This document shows positions 13,251-26,184 of a DNA stretch of 64,000 bases, one piece after another (the first letter of the stretch is position 1; every line of letters starts with the position of its first letter). The DNA lies in the NCBI GenBank assembly GCA_051294375.1, contig CM119271.1, positions 15,444,770 to 15,508,769 on the forward strand. Direction: 5' to 3'. Position numbers and translations under genes: made by a program. This DNA comes from Paraspadella gotoi (Eukaryota; Animalia; Chaetognatha). Under the pieces are notes generated by a model. That model searched no databases and was not told the DNA's origin. It saw only the letters and a list, made by a program, of their open reading frames with translations.

Positions 13251-14882
13251 GAAAATTCTTCCCAAAATAAAAATCGAGAATTTAATGCAAAACACGATTG
13301 TCCGTCTGTCTGTCTGTCCCGTAGCGTCTCTCGCTGCTCGACAATGGTTAGTATCCATTTGCAGGATTGTTCATTGGTTATGATTATTTTTTTTTTAATA
13401 TTTAGCTTTTGTCACAAGCTTTATTAATCTTGTTATATACAGTAAACTGTATATTAAGACGGGACAGAATTCAACATTGTCTGCAATAATAAGTATTTTA
13501 TTCTTTTAACAACTGAATTAAATTCATGATGTTCATTTTCCATCATGAACGGAATGTCGAAGCATTTTTAATATTCAAACAATATACAAAAAATACGTTA
13601 GAAAAATAGTAGAAAATTAAATAAAGGTTAGTATTACAAATTTTAAAATATTTAATGAAAAATGAGTTAATTTAAAAAAACTTAAAAAATATTAACCAAT
13701 CAATCAATTTTAATAAATGTGAATGGTTTTGCTGATTTTTGATTGACAATCAAAAAATATTTAAATGTGTAATAATATATTTTGTGGATAAGGCGCTAAG
13801 TTGGCTATCCATAACTTCTATGGCCCTTCAGCAGCATAGGAACGGGTCTGGGCTTGGAACCAAGGCTTAGGATTAACAAGGCCCCATAGGCGGTTTACAA
13901 GCCGCTCACGCTTCCGCAGGGTAGATACCGTTGGGATGAACTCAGTACCTAGTGGTCATGAGGCTGATGGCTTTACTCAATGACCATTCGGGTACACAGA
14001 AGGTGTCGCGCTTATAGCGGGGTGAGCATAGCATAGGCAATGCCCGGCTACAATAGAAATTAGTGGGACTTTTTTGAATCTATTAACAATGCGTTGGTTA
14101 GTAAAGTTTTATTTCAAAATAANNNNNNNNNNNNNNNNNNNNNNNNNATTTACATTCACTGGTTTAAAACTATTTCTCTTTTTATACTACCTTACGAAGA
14201 AAAACAAATACTTATAATTATTATCATTATTCATAATCCATAACTGTCGTCGGTTGGTTAGAAAAAAAAAACAGGCGAAAAGTCATCTGCGTTAACATTT
14301 ACTTATTTAAATCGTAAAAACAAACCGGACGAAGGAGATAGTTTAATAAAAAAATACATTTTTTAAGAACTTTATTTTTTATTTATAAGCATCAATTGCC
14401 AGACTGGCTTCCAGATCAGAGAGAATTGAAAGAGAACGAGATCAGCGGATTTCCACGGCTGACTGTTATGAACTGATTTGGTCACATCTGTATATTGTAT
14501 ATATAATATATACAGTGTATATTGTATCATACACCCCCAATGTGTATAATGTATATATAGTATGTACTTACTTACTCTTGACGACGGTCAATTTATTTCC
14601 AGAGCTGGTTGCCATGTCGGAAGAACCAAAGCTCGGGGGGAAGGGGAAATTAGTATCTGTCTTAGTTTTCAGTTAACCAATGTTTTGAAATGCGGCTGTG
14701 GAAGGGAAAGTTGCCTCTGGAACTTCAATGCTTTAACCCGTTTGGGGTTATTGAAACTGTTTTATCACATTTCTTTGAAAAATAATAGTTAATTTCACGC
14801 ATTCTCCTTATTAAATGTAAACATATATTTATCCGTCATCTTGCCTATTGTTGGTTTTGAAAAAAAATATGATTATTGTTGT

Positions 14883-15063
14883 GTTAGACAGAACCGTTCA
14901 ATATAAGCATTAAGCAGTCCCTGAGCTTCGGATCAGACTGACACTGTATCATCGAGTGACAGGCGGGTTAAGTGCCCCGTCGCTCAACTGCTAGGCGACC
15001 ACCGGGCTAGAACCCCGGACCTTGGTTTGGGAGGCGAATGACTTGCCTCGGGCGCCAATGGCC
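14883..15063 (-). mobile_element. tRNA-derived SINE
   Basis: Minus strand reads GGCCATTGGCGCCCGAGGC (A box) ... GGGGTTCTAGCCCGG (B box), then body ...TGATCCGAAGCTCAGGGACTGCTTAATGCT; a second copy lies at ~56105-56900 (+). Confidence 0.75.
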
Positions 15064-16089
15064 GTGATGAACGGTTGAGTTGATTTTGTCACGCATAGTT
15101 TGTGAATTTTTAACCTTACCAACTTGTTCCAAAATCGAACGTCATTTAAGAAAGACGGTAAGTCAGCCCAACGAGATCGAAAACCAAAAAATACAGAGGC
15201 GCACAAACAAGTGGATTAGTTCAATACTTAGTGTGTTACGCGGAATAATTATTGTAAATGAATTTATCCAAAAAAATAATGTATTGTAGAAGAGATCTCA
15301 TGTATATTGTTTCATTAGTTTGAAACGGCGGCATACGGAGAATCGCACTAACGGACTACGACATTGTCATTCTTCGAACCACGTCGGATAGTGTGTGATT
15401 TGCTCATCGCGGTTGACTTCATTGGCATTAGGTTTTACTGCTACCAATATTTTTTAAAAAAAATTAATATCCGTCTTGTTATGGTGTTATCTTGGAGACC
15501 TCATATTTCGTTACGTTAAATCGCTCACGTAATGGCTAGTTTATAAAATAAAACCGTTTTGGAAAAATCGTAACAAGAAAGCCTTGGCTCAATTTGATTT
15601 AGTTTTAATAATTACTTGGAAAGTAAATCACAGAAATATAGTAGTTTGTTATTATTACAACAAGATTTGACCTTTACCCTAAAGAATATAATAAAAAGAT
15701 ATATATTAAGCTATAAAACTGATAATGATCAATAATAAAGACGTAAAAATATTAATTTTACAAATATTCATGACGCTTTTTTCCCCGATTCATGGAGCGT
15801 CGATAATTCCTTTGCTTGATTTCTTTATTGAATCTTGGGGGCGGGAATCGAGCATACGACTCTACCCGTGTTCGTAGTACTAAACCTTATGGGAACCAAA
15901 ATTGAAAATCCTTACATAGGGCGACTTGATTACCGAGGAAGCGATTTTGGGGTGACATTTTGGCCCATAACTTTTGAATGCCGGGACCTGATTTGCTGAT
16001 TTTTGCATGAAGCGCTCGAAAGAATTCCCTACGTTCGTACAAATTTTTGTACGAAAAAAATTTTAAATAAAAACTTGTGTTCTCGCTAT

Positions 16090-16938
16090 TTAAGGTGGAA
16101 AATGAATTTTTTATGTACAACGAGTTTTATTAAGAAATATAAATTTCGACAGNNNNNNNNNNNNNNNNNNNNNNNNNNNNNNNNNNNNNNNNNNNNNNNN
16201 NNNNNNNNNNNNNNNNNNNNNNNNNNNNNNNNNNNNNNNNNNNNNNNNNNNNNNNNNNNNNNNNNNNNNNNNNNNNNNNNNNNNNNNNNNNNNNNNNNNN
16301 NNNNNNNNNNNNNNNNNNNNNNNNNNNNNNNNNNNNNNNNNNNNNNNNNNNNNNNNNNNNNNNNNNNNNNNNNNNNNNNNNNNNNNNNNNNNNNNNNNNN
16401 NNNNNNNNNNNNNNNNNNNNNNNNNNNNNNNNNNNNNNNNNNNNNNNNNNNNNNNNNNNNNNNNNNNNNNNNNNNNNNNNNNNNNNNNNNNNNNNNNNNN
16501 NNNNNNNNNNNNNNNNNNNNNNNNNNNNNNNNNNNNNNNNNNNNNNNNNNNNNNNNNNNNNNNNNNNNNNNNNNNNNNNNNNNNNNNNNNNNNNNNNNNN
16601 NNNNNNNNNNNNNNNNNNNNNNNNNNNNNNNNNNNNNNNNNNNNNNNNNNNNNNNNNNNNNNNNNNNNNNNNNNNNNNNNNNNNNNNNNNNNNNNNNNNN
16701 NNNNNNNNNNNNNNNNNNNNNNNNNNNNNNNNNNNNNNNNNNNNNNNNTCGGACATATTCCGGATTCAATGTAAGTCTTCAAAAGCGCAAAAACGAATTG
16801 ATTTGTAAAACAAATATTTTCCTAAAGTTTGTTTCACAAGTCAATTCATTTTTGCGCTGAAGGCTTACATTGAAGTCCGAAATTTATGTTTCTTAATAAA
16901 ACTCGTACATCAACAAACAATTCATTTTCTACCTCAAG
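16090..16938. mobile_element. Palindromic MITE/foldback element interrupted by a 596-N gap (16153-16748)
   Basis: 16765-16815 is the reverse complement of 16828-16875, and 16090-16150 is the reverse complement of ~16876-16938. Confidence 0.6.
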
Positions 16939-17464
16939 CATATTGGTTGTACCAATTTCATAAATATATAAATTAAAATAAATTTAAAACAACTTATTTA
17001 TTATAAAATTAAGAAAATTTTATATTACTGGGCAAACTAAGATTCGACGCTAGAGGGAAAACAAAATTAAATGGATTAACAAACCACCGACCGCTGGTAC
17101 CTATAGGAAAGGCTAAAATTGTTTTTAAGATTTTTTTTATTTTTAAGATAAGATTAAGGTAGCTTGCAAAAGTTATCTACACAAAGTATAATTCTTTTTT
17201 CGATATTTTGATCATAAGTGGGTGAAAAATATGAAAAACTATTTATAATCATCATCATCTTTCGATAATTTTAGTACTTTTTCTTGATTTTGACCAAGAA
17301 AACATAAAAATTGTTGAAAGCTGTAGTTATATTTTTTATTTAACTTTTTATGCTCTATCAAAAAACATCAAAAAAAGTTAAGATTGATTAAAAAAAAATT
17401 TTATAATTATATATTATATTGGTTGTACCAATTTCATAAAATTCAGCTCCTTGTATTTTGATGC

Positions 17465-17762
17465 TAGTGCGGAATACAATATAGTATTCCCCGATCTAAT
17501 ACTTAAGGGAGTGATCTTTTCATACAATTGAAACATTCTTTGAAATATTATACCACTTCATTGATAGGGAAGCCAGGTTCACTGGGAGTGAATAAATAAG
17601 ACTGAGAGAGTCTTGATTAAAAGCTTGCAGAAACCTGTTATGTTATTATCTTGCAAGTGTGATGCAGGCCTTAAACCACCAAAGCCTGTCCAAAGTCAGG
17701 GACAAGATAGCTTATTTATTAAATGGATGGATAATTTTTATATTGGTTGTACCAATTTCATA
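17465..17762 (+). repeat. Interspersed repeat family with a shared 3' end (LINE/SINE-tail-like)
   Basis: Long inverted copy at ~33590-33850. Shorter copies sharing GG(G/A)CAAGAT(A/G)GCTTATTTATTAAATG.ATGGATAATTT..TATTGGTTGTAC at ~19296-19370, ~57530-57590 and ~62085-62150 (-). Confidence 0.7.
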
Positions 17763-18939
17763 GTAATATTGTAATTTTGATAACAATAATAAAAGCATTA
17801 AAATCGAAACTTTTTTAAAAAATTCTTTTTTTACCTAAAAGTAAACTTCAAGACTAAAGTTTTGAACCCCCGCCCCTATTGAATTAATAATAATAATTCA
17901 TAGTAGATTTCTATTTATGCCGAGAAAATTTGACTGAATATCGCTGAAGAAAAGATCCCGGAAAACGGTGCACGTATCACGTTCATTCAATCAATGTTAA
18001 AGTTCAACTAATTTTTTGCAACAATTCTCGTAATTACATATTAATTTAATTTAAGTTAAATTTTATTAACTTTAACTCAATATTAACTTACCCTTAATTA
18101 TTTAACTTATTATCTAATAATTTAACTTATTTAAATTATTTTAAATTTCCCTAAAATTAATAATCAACCAGGACATTGGTCTGTTTAACATAAATATTCA
18201 AAATGTATCTTTAAAAAATGGGATAAGCAACAATGAAGGATCACCATTTTGGTGATGGCTCGCCTATACCTGGATATAGGATTAAAGAGCCAAATGAAGA
18301 CCTTTCCATTGTATAAACATATTAAACATAATAGAGAAAAAAAAATTCAAAAAACATTTCAGGAAAAAAAAACTAACTGAATAGTCTTCACACGACTTAC
18401 GTTTTTGTACTGACTAAAAACTAAGACATTGTTAAAAAATCTAGAATATAAAGTGAAAATAAATTTTTAATCAAGTTCTTTGAAATATACAATCAAAATA
18501 AAGACGATTCAATGCGAAAACATTAGATTGGAATCAATACAACAAATAAAGAAAATATTTTTTTAAACCCCTCAAACTAAAACAACTAATCTTGATAGCG
18601 CTCGCCAAAAAAAAAAAGAAACTAAACTCGATGATATGACAACGAGAAATCAAATAATTCAACTAAAAATAACTTTTCTACGAATTTCTAGATCGGACAA
18701 TATAAAAAATGAATCCATAAGCAAAATGACATACGCCTGCTCCAACTTAAGTCTAAATGTGGGAACTGAATCACCCGTCTTTTCGAAAAATCCACTTGAA
18801 TAAGAAAAGACGTGGCTGTCCGTGTCCAGTGTCCATTCAACTGCGGTACTTTCCCTTTCTGTCAAATAACATCGTTATCATATAAAGAGTGATAAAAAAA
18901 ATGTAATTTTATCAAAAAGCAGCTCGAGACAAATTGATA

Positions 18940-21224
18940 TCAACTGATCCCTATTTTAACTGACCCTCTCGAGCGGCTCCTCGACCTACTCCGCGACCGA
19001 CTTTGGGACTCGCTTCTGGATCTGCGGACGAAGAAGGAAAAGTCAATCTGAAGCCTTAAGCAACCGAATCCCATTCTCTATATATTTTTACCTTCTTCTC
19101 GACTGAAAGGAACTCGCGGCGTCGGGAGAAAGACGAATCTTTCGTCCGTTGAGTTCTGATTCGTTCAAAGTGTCGAGCGCTCGTTCCATCCCGTCGCGAG
19201 TCGCGAACTCAATCAGACCTGGCGGGGAGAGAGAAGGGAAGGTTGAGAACTTTCTATCATGGTTATTTGGAATAAGCTCAAAACTATACTATAAGTCAGG
19301 GGCAAGATGGCTTATTTATTAAATGAATGGATAATTTTTATATTGGTTGTACATGTACAAATTTCATAAACTCAATAACAATACTATGTATTTTACCAGA
19401 AAACAATTGGTACAACATGCATTATGCAAATAAGAGATTAAACAAGATGCAACTTTTTCTTTCTTTTTATTTCTCTTATCTTTATGTTCTCTTTATTTTC
19501 CCCTCACATTTTCCTCTCTGCCCCACCCCCTTTTCCTTCCCCATAGATATCGCCCTTCCCCTTTCTCCGTCCACTCACCGCTTCGCTCTTTCTTCTTATG
19601 AGCTTCGGCGTAGTTAACTTCGCCCGCTTTCCTCATGAAGTCCTTCAAGTCTTGCCACGAGACGCTAGACGAGAGGTTCTCGACGATCAGACGGAATCCC
19701 GACCTGGAAAAGCAAAACGGATCAGTCCTGGTACTGGTCAGGGGGTCACTCTCCAGGCGAGCATTTTAAATCTATCGACTTATAATCGAGCCATGGTCTG
19801 CTCACCCAGTCGAATCCTCTCCCCATTACATTTAAGTCGTGACCCTGGGCAATTATCATTGGCTAATGGTCATAGTCCCTTGAATGCTAATTCCAAGCAA
19901 GGCGCATCAATTTGTTTATTTTTTTTTTATTAATAACAAAAAGGATATTAACATAATCAAAATAAAAGATAGTACTGAATGCACTTCTCAATGCGCCGGA
20001 TATGCACTTCTCTTCTTAGCATAATAAACAAGCCCTAGCCATAGTCACTGTGCTTCAAATCCAAACTCCATGAAACACGCCTTGATTTGTTGACTTCTCT
20101 TTAAGAGAAGCCCTCGACCAGATTATAGTCTCAACTCGACACAAGGCGCCTTTAGTCTATCGTCTTCTCACCGAGCTGCGGATCCTCTCCCCATCGCGGC
20201 GAAATCCCTCCGCCGGTGGTCGCCCCTCGAGTCCCACCTTCCGTTGAGGGCGCCTTGGACTTTGGCCATCTCGACGGTGATGCGGCCTCCGGAGAGGGTG
20301 CGTCCGTCGCACTCCTCGATAGCGTCGCGGGCGTCGCGCGAGTCTTCGAAGAGGACGAAACCGTAGCCGTTCTTCAGCACGACCTCGTCGATGCGACCGA
20401 AGCCTTGGTCTTTAGGAGAGGGATGAGTGGGCGGGACGACAGGGGAAAGGCATGTTTGTGTAATAATATTAATATTGCCAAAATAATAGTGTTTATAACT
20501 TGTTCTCAATTTTGCAGTTTATACTTTAAAAATTTTGCAAGCATAAAAGAAGATGCAGCCGGCCTACTGAAATGTAAGGAGGCGATCCTCTTAATTGATA
20601 CAAAGTCGCAAACATCTGATTTTTTTTCTCTTCACAAACTCGCAATCACTATTAACACAATCCGGACTACTTTACCCTCGGCCAATCAATTATCCGCGTA
20701 AAGAGAGGCCACAGACTCGTGACTTTTCTCTCCCACAACAGAAAGGAAAGAAAAGGGACGACGAAGAAGAGAGAGAGAGACTCAGTTGACCCCCCTTTTT
20801 CGGTCGACTCGGGCTCATAAGATCAGAAGAACGGGTCGACGCCCCCCGACCACAAGGACCCACACTGGCTGTGGTGGGAAGATCAGAAGACCCTTTTGGG
20901 GATAAAATCGGAGCCCACAACAGAAACGGCAGAGAGAAACCGTGATTTAACCCGCGAGAGATCAATAAGAGATTTTCTGCAAAAAAGAAAATCGTTGAAA
21001 ACAAAAGAGAAAAAAAATAATTAGAATTAAGGGGACGAGGGGGGCACGAAAAGACTAAAAATAAACATTTTGAATTATTCGTTTTCATTTAAGGGAACGC
21101 CCTTAATACCGATTAATTAAGTCTAAAGATAATTCTAAATTCGTTCACCTTTGAAAAATTTGAGGAGATCTTTCTCTCCGATGCGAGGATCCTTGAGGCC
21201 TCCGACAAACACGCGCGTTTTCAT
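18940..21224 (-). CDS. Serine/arginine-rich splicing factor SRSF4/5/6 (B52-like), paralog C, divergent with a short RS tail
   Basis: Exons 21224-21149, 20403-20172, 19703-19579, 19218-19092 and 19021-18940, all GT-AG and in frame. RRM1 (RVFVGGL..., [11 protein letters not shown]) and RRM2 with [25 protein letters not shown]; RS tail of about 20 aa. Confidence 0.88.
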
Positions 21225-21542
21225 CTCGGCGTTCGGGCAAAAAACCGTTTCAGTTATTGATCGATCCAAAGGTCTAAGTCAAAGATCTAAGAGGCTTCGG
21301 GTCATGAAGCTCGTCTATTTTTCGTTTTTCTTAACGAGTTATACTAAATTAAGAACCTAAATGCGAATAACAAGAAAAAACATTAACGCAAAGTATAAAG
21401 TAAGAGAAAAATATCAATTCTTTTCTTTCACGCTACAGAAGCAAACGAAGAAAAACTGGTTAACGTCCAAGGACAATTAGATTTTGTTTTTGTACAAAAA
21501 GAATTAAACCAGTCGGTCGAATCTCAAGCTTTGAAAGAACAA

Positions 21543-21576
<34 letters not shown>

Positions 21577-21578
<2 letters not shown>

Positions 21579-24500
21579 AGATTCTGTCAGACGTGGAGCG
21601 ACGATCCGACGCCCGACTCTCCACGCGACTGCGAGATCGCGACTCGCTCCCGCTGACGGACGGACGAGAAGAAGGCGAGCGGTGAGGGGAGCGGGACCGG
21701 CGTCTGGAGCCGTCGCTGGAGCGGGACCGGCGGCGAGAGGGCGTTCGGGAGCGAGAGCGGCGACGGCGAGGCGAGCGACTGCGCGATCTGTCGGGAAAGA
21801 GAGGAAAATAGAAAGGAATTTAGGTAAATGAATTAAGAGGCGACAACGAAGACCTCGTTCCCCAACACTAACCGTCGTCGATCCCTGAAGATCTTGATCC
21901 GTCTCCCTCTCAGCTCCCTTCCGCTTAGTTCGTCGACGGCCCGTTCCATCCCGTCTCGTGTGGTGTAGTCGCAGACGCCCTCACCCTCCAACGGGCGGTG
22001 GGCGTCGCAGAAGGTGACCTCGCCCGTCTCGCGCATAAAATCCTTGAGGTCTTGCCAGGAGACGCGTGAGGAAATGTTCTCGATAATCACCCGGTAGTCG
22101 GATCTTTAAACGGGAGGAGGGGGGCGATATTATAATTATTCATTAAAAGTAGTAATAAATATCATTTCATTAATCGTTGAAAAGACTCCTGTCTACCCAC
22201 CCCTCTCAACCCAATCCACCACCGACGCGGCCAATTAAATTTCGAATTTATAAAGACCCGAGCGAAGTCACGTTAATGTCAATTTGAAGAGACGGATAAA
22301 AAATTAAAAAATGAGGAAAAACAAGAATCTAAGATTTCAAATAAAAAAAAATAATCCGGTTTTTTTTATCGATATGCAAGTATTCTCTATTATTCAGTAT
22401 TCCATTCATTTTTAAATTGATAACCATCGCCGAATTGCAACTAACGACGATCGATAACGACGATCTGCGACGATGTCGCCCCTTTCCTCATTCTACTCTG
22501 ACCCGCAAGCCAACTGCGTCTTTCTCTCCTTGTTGACTTCGCTGAGTTGGTCAATGACGGACCTTCAATCTGGCGTCAACGCCGCCGCTGGGACGGACAT
22601 GACGCTCATCGCTATTGTCTACGGCGTCACCTTCTTCGCGCTGGCGGTTCTCGTCGCCGTCTGCGACGCGACAGAGGCGGCGGCGCCGCTGCGACACTGG
22701 CCGGAAGCGCTGGCCTTCGTCGCTCTCGGTCTCTGCGGAATCGTCGACAATTACGTTTACATTTACGCGCAGAAGGTGAGAATTGTCACTCAATTATTAT
22801 TATCATATTAATTATAACAACTTTTGAACTCCGAGAGGTCGCTTAAGTCGTATTAGCCCATTGTGGCGGGATATTCACATCGCCTCACATCCATTCAGCC
22901 AATCACATTGGCTCAGAGGGGGAACACACCATCCCAGGCGTTGTGTTCCATCTACAGTCCTAACGACTTCCCTCTGAATTGGCAAAGTGAGACCGTCCTT
23001 GGGTAACAGCGCCAGTGACTGGAGGCGTCACCGAGGGTCGGAGGCCCCCAAAGCCAGCAGTGAGATGCCCCATCCCAATGGCCATCACAGGCAACCCGGC
23101 TGTTGCCATACCATTTTCGATTTCCTGATTCCTGCGCGAGTCTCACCTTTTCAGAATAAAATCTCTCCTGATTTCGCATAAGAAATCCCTGCCTACTTCA
23201 ATGATACACTACAGAATAACAGTTCAGATTGTAGTTATTTAATTTATCTCAAATGAAAACTTTAACAACCAACCCCTCAAAAACTCCTATTCAACCAGAT
23301 GATCCCAGTGGGCGACGTGGCCGTCCTCAGCAACCTCAGCTTCATCTACACATCGATCATGGATTCTCTCCTTCGTCGCCGGTTTCCCTCCGGTCCTCAA
23401 TTTCTCGGAATTCTCGCTTCGTCCACCGGCGTCGTTCTCGTCACTCAACCTTCCTTTCTCTTCGGGACGCCGCTCGACGTCGACGACGCCGCTCGTCAAT
23501 TGACGGGCCACTTGTGCGGCTTGGCGCCACCCCTCACCGTAGACGCCATGCTCGTCAGCGCCTTCAAGGAAATTCCTTTGTCTAACTGGATGCTCTCCGT
23601 CAGCGTGGCGCTCTTCGGCTGCGGCGCCGTCGGAGCCGCGGTCAACGGCGACGTGGCGGTGGCGTCGGGTCCGCTCATCGGCGTCTCGTTAGTGGCCATG
23701 TCGATGTTCAGCGCCGTGGGACAATTTTCCAGCGTTCTCTCGACAAAATCACACACGCCGACGCTGATGGCGTTGGTGACGGTGCTGCAGGTGCCCCTGT
23801 CCTACGCTTGGGGCTGGATCTGGTTGGGTCAGGTCATGAACTATGTCAAGATCGCGGGCGTGGTCATGGTCTGTTCCGCGGTGACGGTCGTCATTGTGGA
23901 GGCGAGGCAGAAAGAGGAAGAAAAATACGTCATGTTGCCGCCGAAGAATCAGTAAACGTTTAACGTTTAATTATACTATGTTGATTAATTACTTAAACCT
24001 GTCCATCAGGATATGTAAATAGTTAAAAGTTATTGACGAAATAGTCCCACAGCAACTGCCACAGCAAGTTTCAACAAAATCAGCCTAAGATAACCCCGGG
24101 CGGCTCTCACTTTTAAAATTTTTTTGGCTTCATAATTTCTTTGTCAAACTTTCCCAATCGACACCCCTCAACCTGCAGGGCGCCCTCCTCGGCGGCGTCC
24201 GGCGTCGTATCGAGGGTCTCTTGGCGTGTTCGACCACGACGCGGTCTCCGTTGAGGCTTCGCCCGTTCCGCTCGTAGACGGCGTCTTCGGCGTCGCGGAC
24301 GTCGTCAAACTCGACGAATCCGTAGCCGCTTTTGATGACGACTTCGCGGATGCGACCGTAGCCTGGAGGGAGGTTGGGGGGGGACATGATGAGGACATGG
24401 GGAGAGAAAGGTGGGACATGGCGTGAGGATAGCATGGCATGGAATGAGGAAAGAGTATGAAGTGAGGAAAGTGGGCCTTGCGTGAGGAAAGAGGGCAGGA

Positions 24501-25585
24501 GGAGAAGAATGAGGGCATTCGGAAGCAATGGATGGCATGATTTGAGAGAGAATTAAATGGAGAAGTACAGAAGTGAACAGATGTTAAAATTGATAATTAA
24601 AAAAAGGAAAAACTGGCAAAAGCGAAATGAAAAAATCGGAGATGGAGAAAGTTAAACAAAAAGTATGGAAGGATTGAGAAAATTGAAGGTTAAATTATTA
24701 ATGGCCCCTAGTCATTAATTAGGCCAAAATGTAGTTGATGCCGCTTGGACTTTTTTTTTTCGTCATTGCCCCTCGACGTATTCCCTACCCGACTACCGTG
24801 GTCCCCGGTTAATACACTTGGACGACGAGCCAGGACGAAGCCGGGCCGTGTCGATCGGGCAAAGGAGGGAAGGCTGTAGTCGCAACTCGAGGGGCAGAAG
24901 AGGAAGAGCGGGAAGAGTAGAGACTTTTTAGGCATTAAGGCATCAGGAAGAAGAGGCCAGCCGCCGTAATCGGGGCAGGGGAACGTCGTCCGAAAAGAAA
25001 GACACCGGGAAGCGGCGCCCACGGGCACGTGGAGGCAACGGGCGCCGTCGCGGCGCCGTGAGTGCCAAACGGAATTGGTTCAAGCGGATGGAACCGGGTT
25101 GTGGAACCGGGAGGCGATATCGAGAAGGAGAGCGAACGGAACCTAATTCCTAACCGAGATTTTGTGGGGGAGAAGTAAGAAGTTATTGAACGAGGGGGGG
25201 AAGAACTTTTCTGTTTTTTATTAAATGTGATTATTTAGCTCACATTGTTTATTCTTAACGTTATTTTGTCTAAGATTTACCATTTACCATAAGTAGGGTT
25301 AAGAATAAGTAACGAATGGTGAGAAAAAACTCAATTTAACTTCTCGTAAAAGTTGTATTTTGAAAAAAAAAAAAGATAAGCAAAATTAATAACGAACTAA
25401 CCGTAAACAAATTTCGCATCTCTCTCTCTCTCTCGTTCTCTTTGCTCTCCACACATACATCGCATTACTCTCTTGACCAAATGACTCGCTCTCCATCACA
25501 CGCACCCACCTCTGAAGAAATCCTCGACGTCTCTCTCCCTGATCCTGGGATCTCGCAATCCACCGATAAACACGCGCGTTCCCAT
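21577..25585 (-). CDS. Serine/arginine-rich splicing factor SRSF4/5/6 (B52-like), paralog B
   Basis: Exons 25585-25510, 24362-24173, 22103-21873 and 21787-21577. [55 protein letters not shown] and an RS-rich tail. Confidence 0.9.
22473..23955 (+). CDS. EamA/drug-metabolite transporter (SLC35G-like), nested antisense in intron 2 of SR paralog B
   Basis: Exons 22473-22775 (GTGAG donor) and 23299-23955 (CCAG acceptor) join in phase 0 to give about 320 aa with roughly ten hydrophobic helices. Motifs YIYAQKMIPVGDVAVL and LQVPLSYAWGWIWLGQ...KIAGVVMV are typical of EamA repeats. Confidence 0.75.
22862..23213 (+). mobile_element. Solo-LTR-like element in the intron of the nested EamA gene
   Basis: TGTGG...CTACA termini, a CCAATCA box and AATAAA at ~23155; shares TCAGAATAAA..TCTC...TGATTTCG with the element at ~40570-40891. 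No TSD identified. Confidence 0.5.
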
Positions 25586-26184
25586 ATTTGGCTTCTTTGA
25601 ATTTAATTATTCTTCATTTATTACTTTTAATGTTTGTCTTTTTTTTTCAAAAGATTTTATTCATCCAAAAGTCCAAATTTAGCTCGTATCCAAATTTTTA
25701 ACTGTTTTTTTTATCTGTCGACGTAACTGATTATTTTTTTTTCAATGAAACGGAAGGAAAAAAAACGAGAAATTGTTAAGCGAAATGAATTTCAGGGAAA
25801 TTTTTTTTTTCTTTTTAATAAGTTTGTAGAAACTGATTTTTTTTAAATCAATTGTACAAAAATGAGATGAGGTATCATGAATACCAATAAACGACAACAC
25901 AATACGAAAAAAAAGGGAAAAATCATTACAATTTGCACAATGGAATGAAAATTGTGCGAGTCGAAAAAAAAACAACATTTTTTAAAGACGAGCTGGAAGA
26001 AATAAAAAAAAAACCCTTTCATTATTAAAACAAAGAAACAAACTGGAACAAAAAACAAACGACGTCCCCCGATCTTTATCTTACACGACGAATTCTCCTT
26101 TCACTGACGGGGGTGCGGAGAGGGGGGCGTGGACGCATTTCCGAGAAATCCGGAATCCACGCCAACCCTGGTCTCCTTCATCTC

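Noticed and set aside
14883-15063. tRNA gene
   Set aside because: It has A/B boxes but no clean cloverleaf, and it continues into a body and tail shared with a diverged second copy, so it is a SINE.
16003-16860. Long ORFs of 208-285 aa
   Set aside because: They are artefacts of translating through the N gap.
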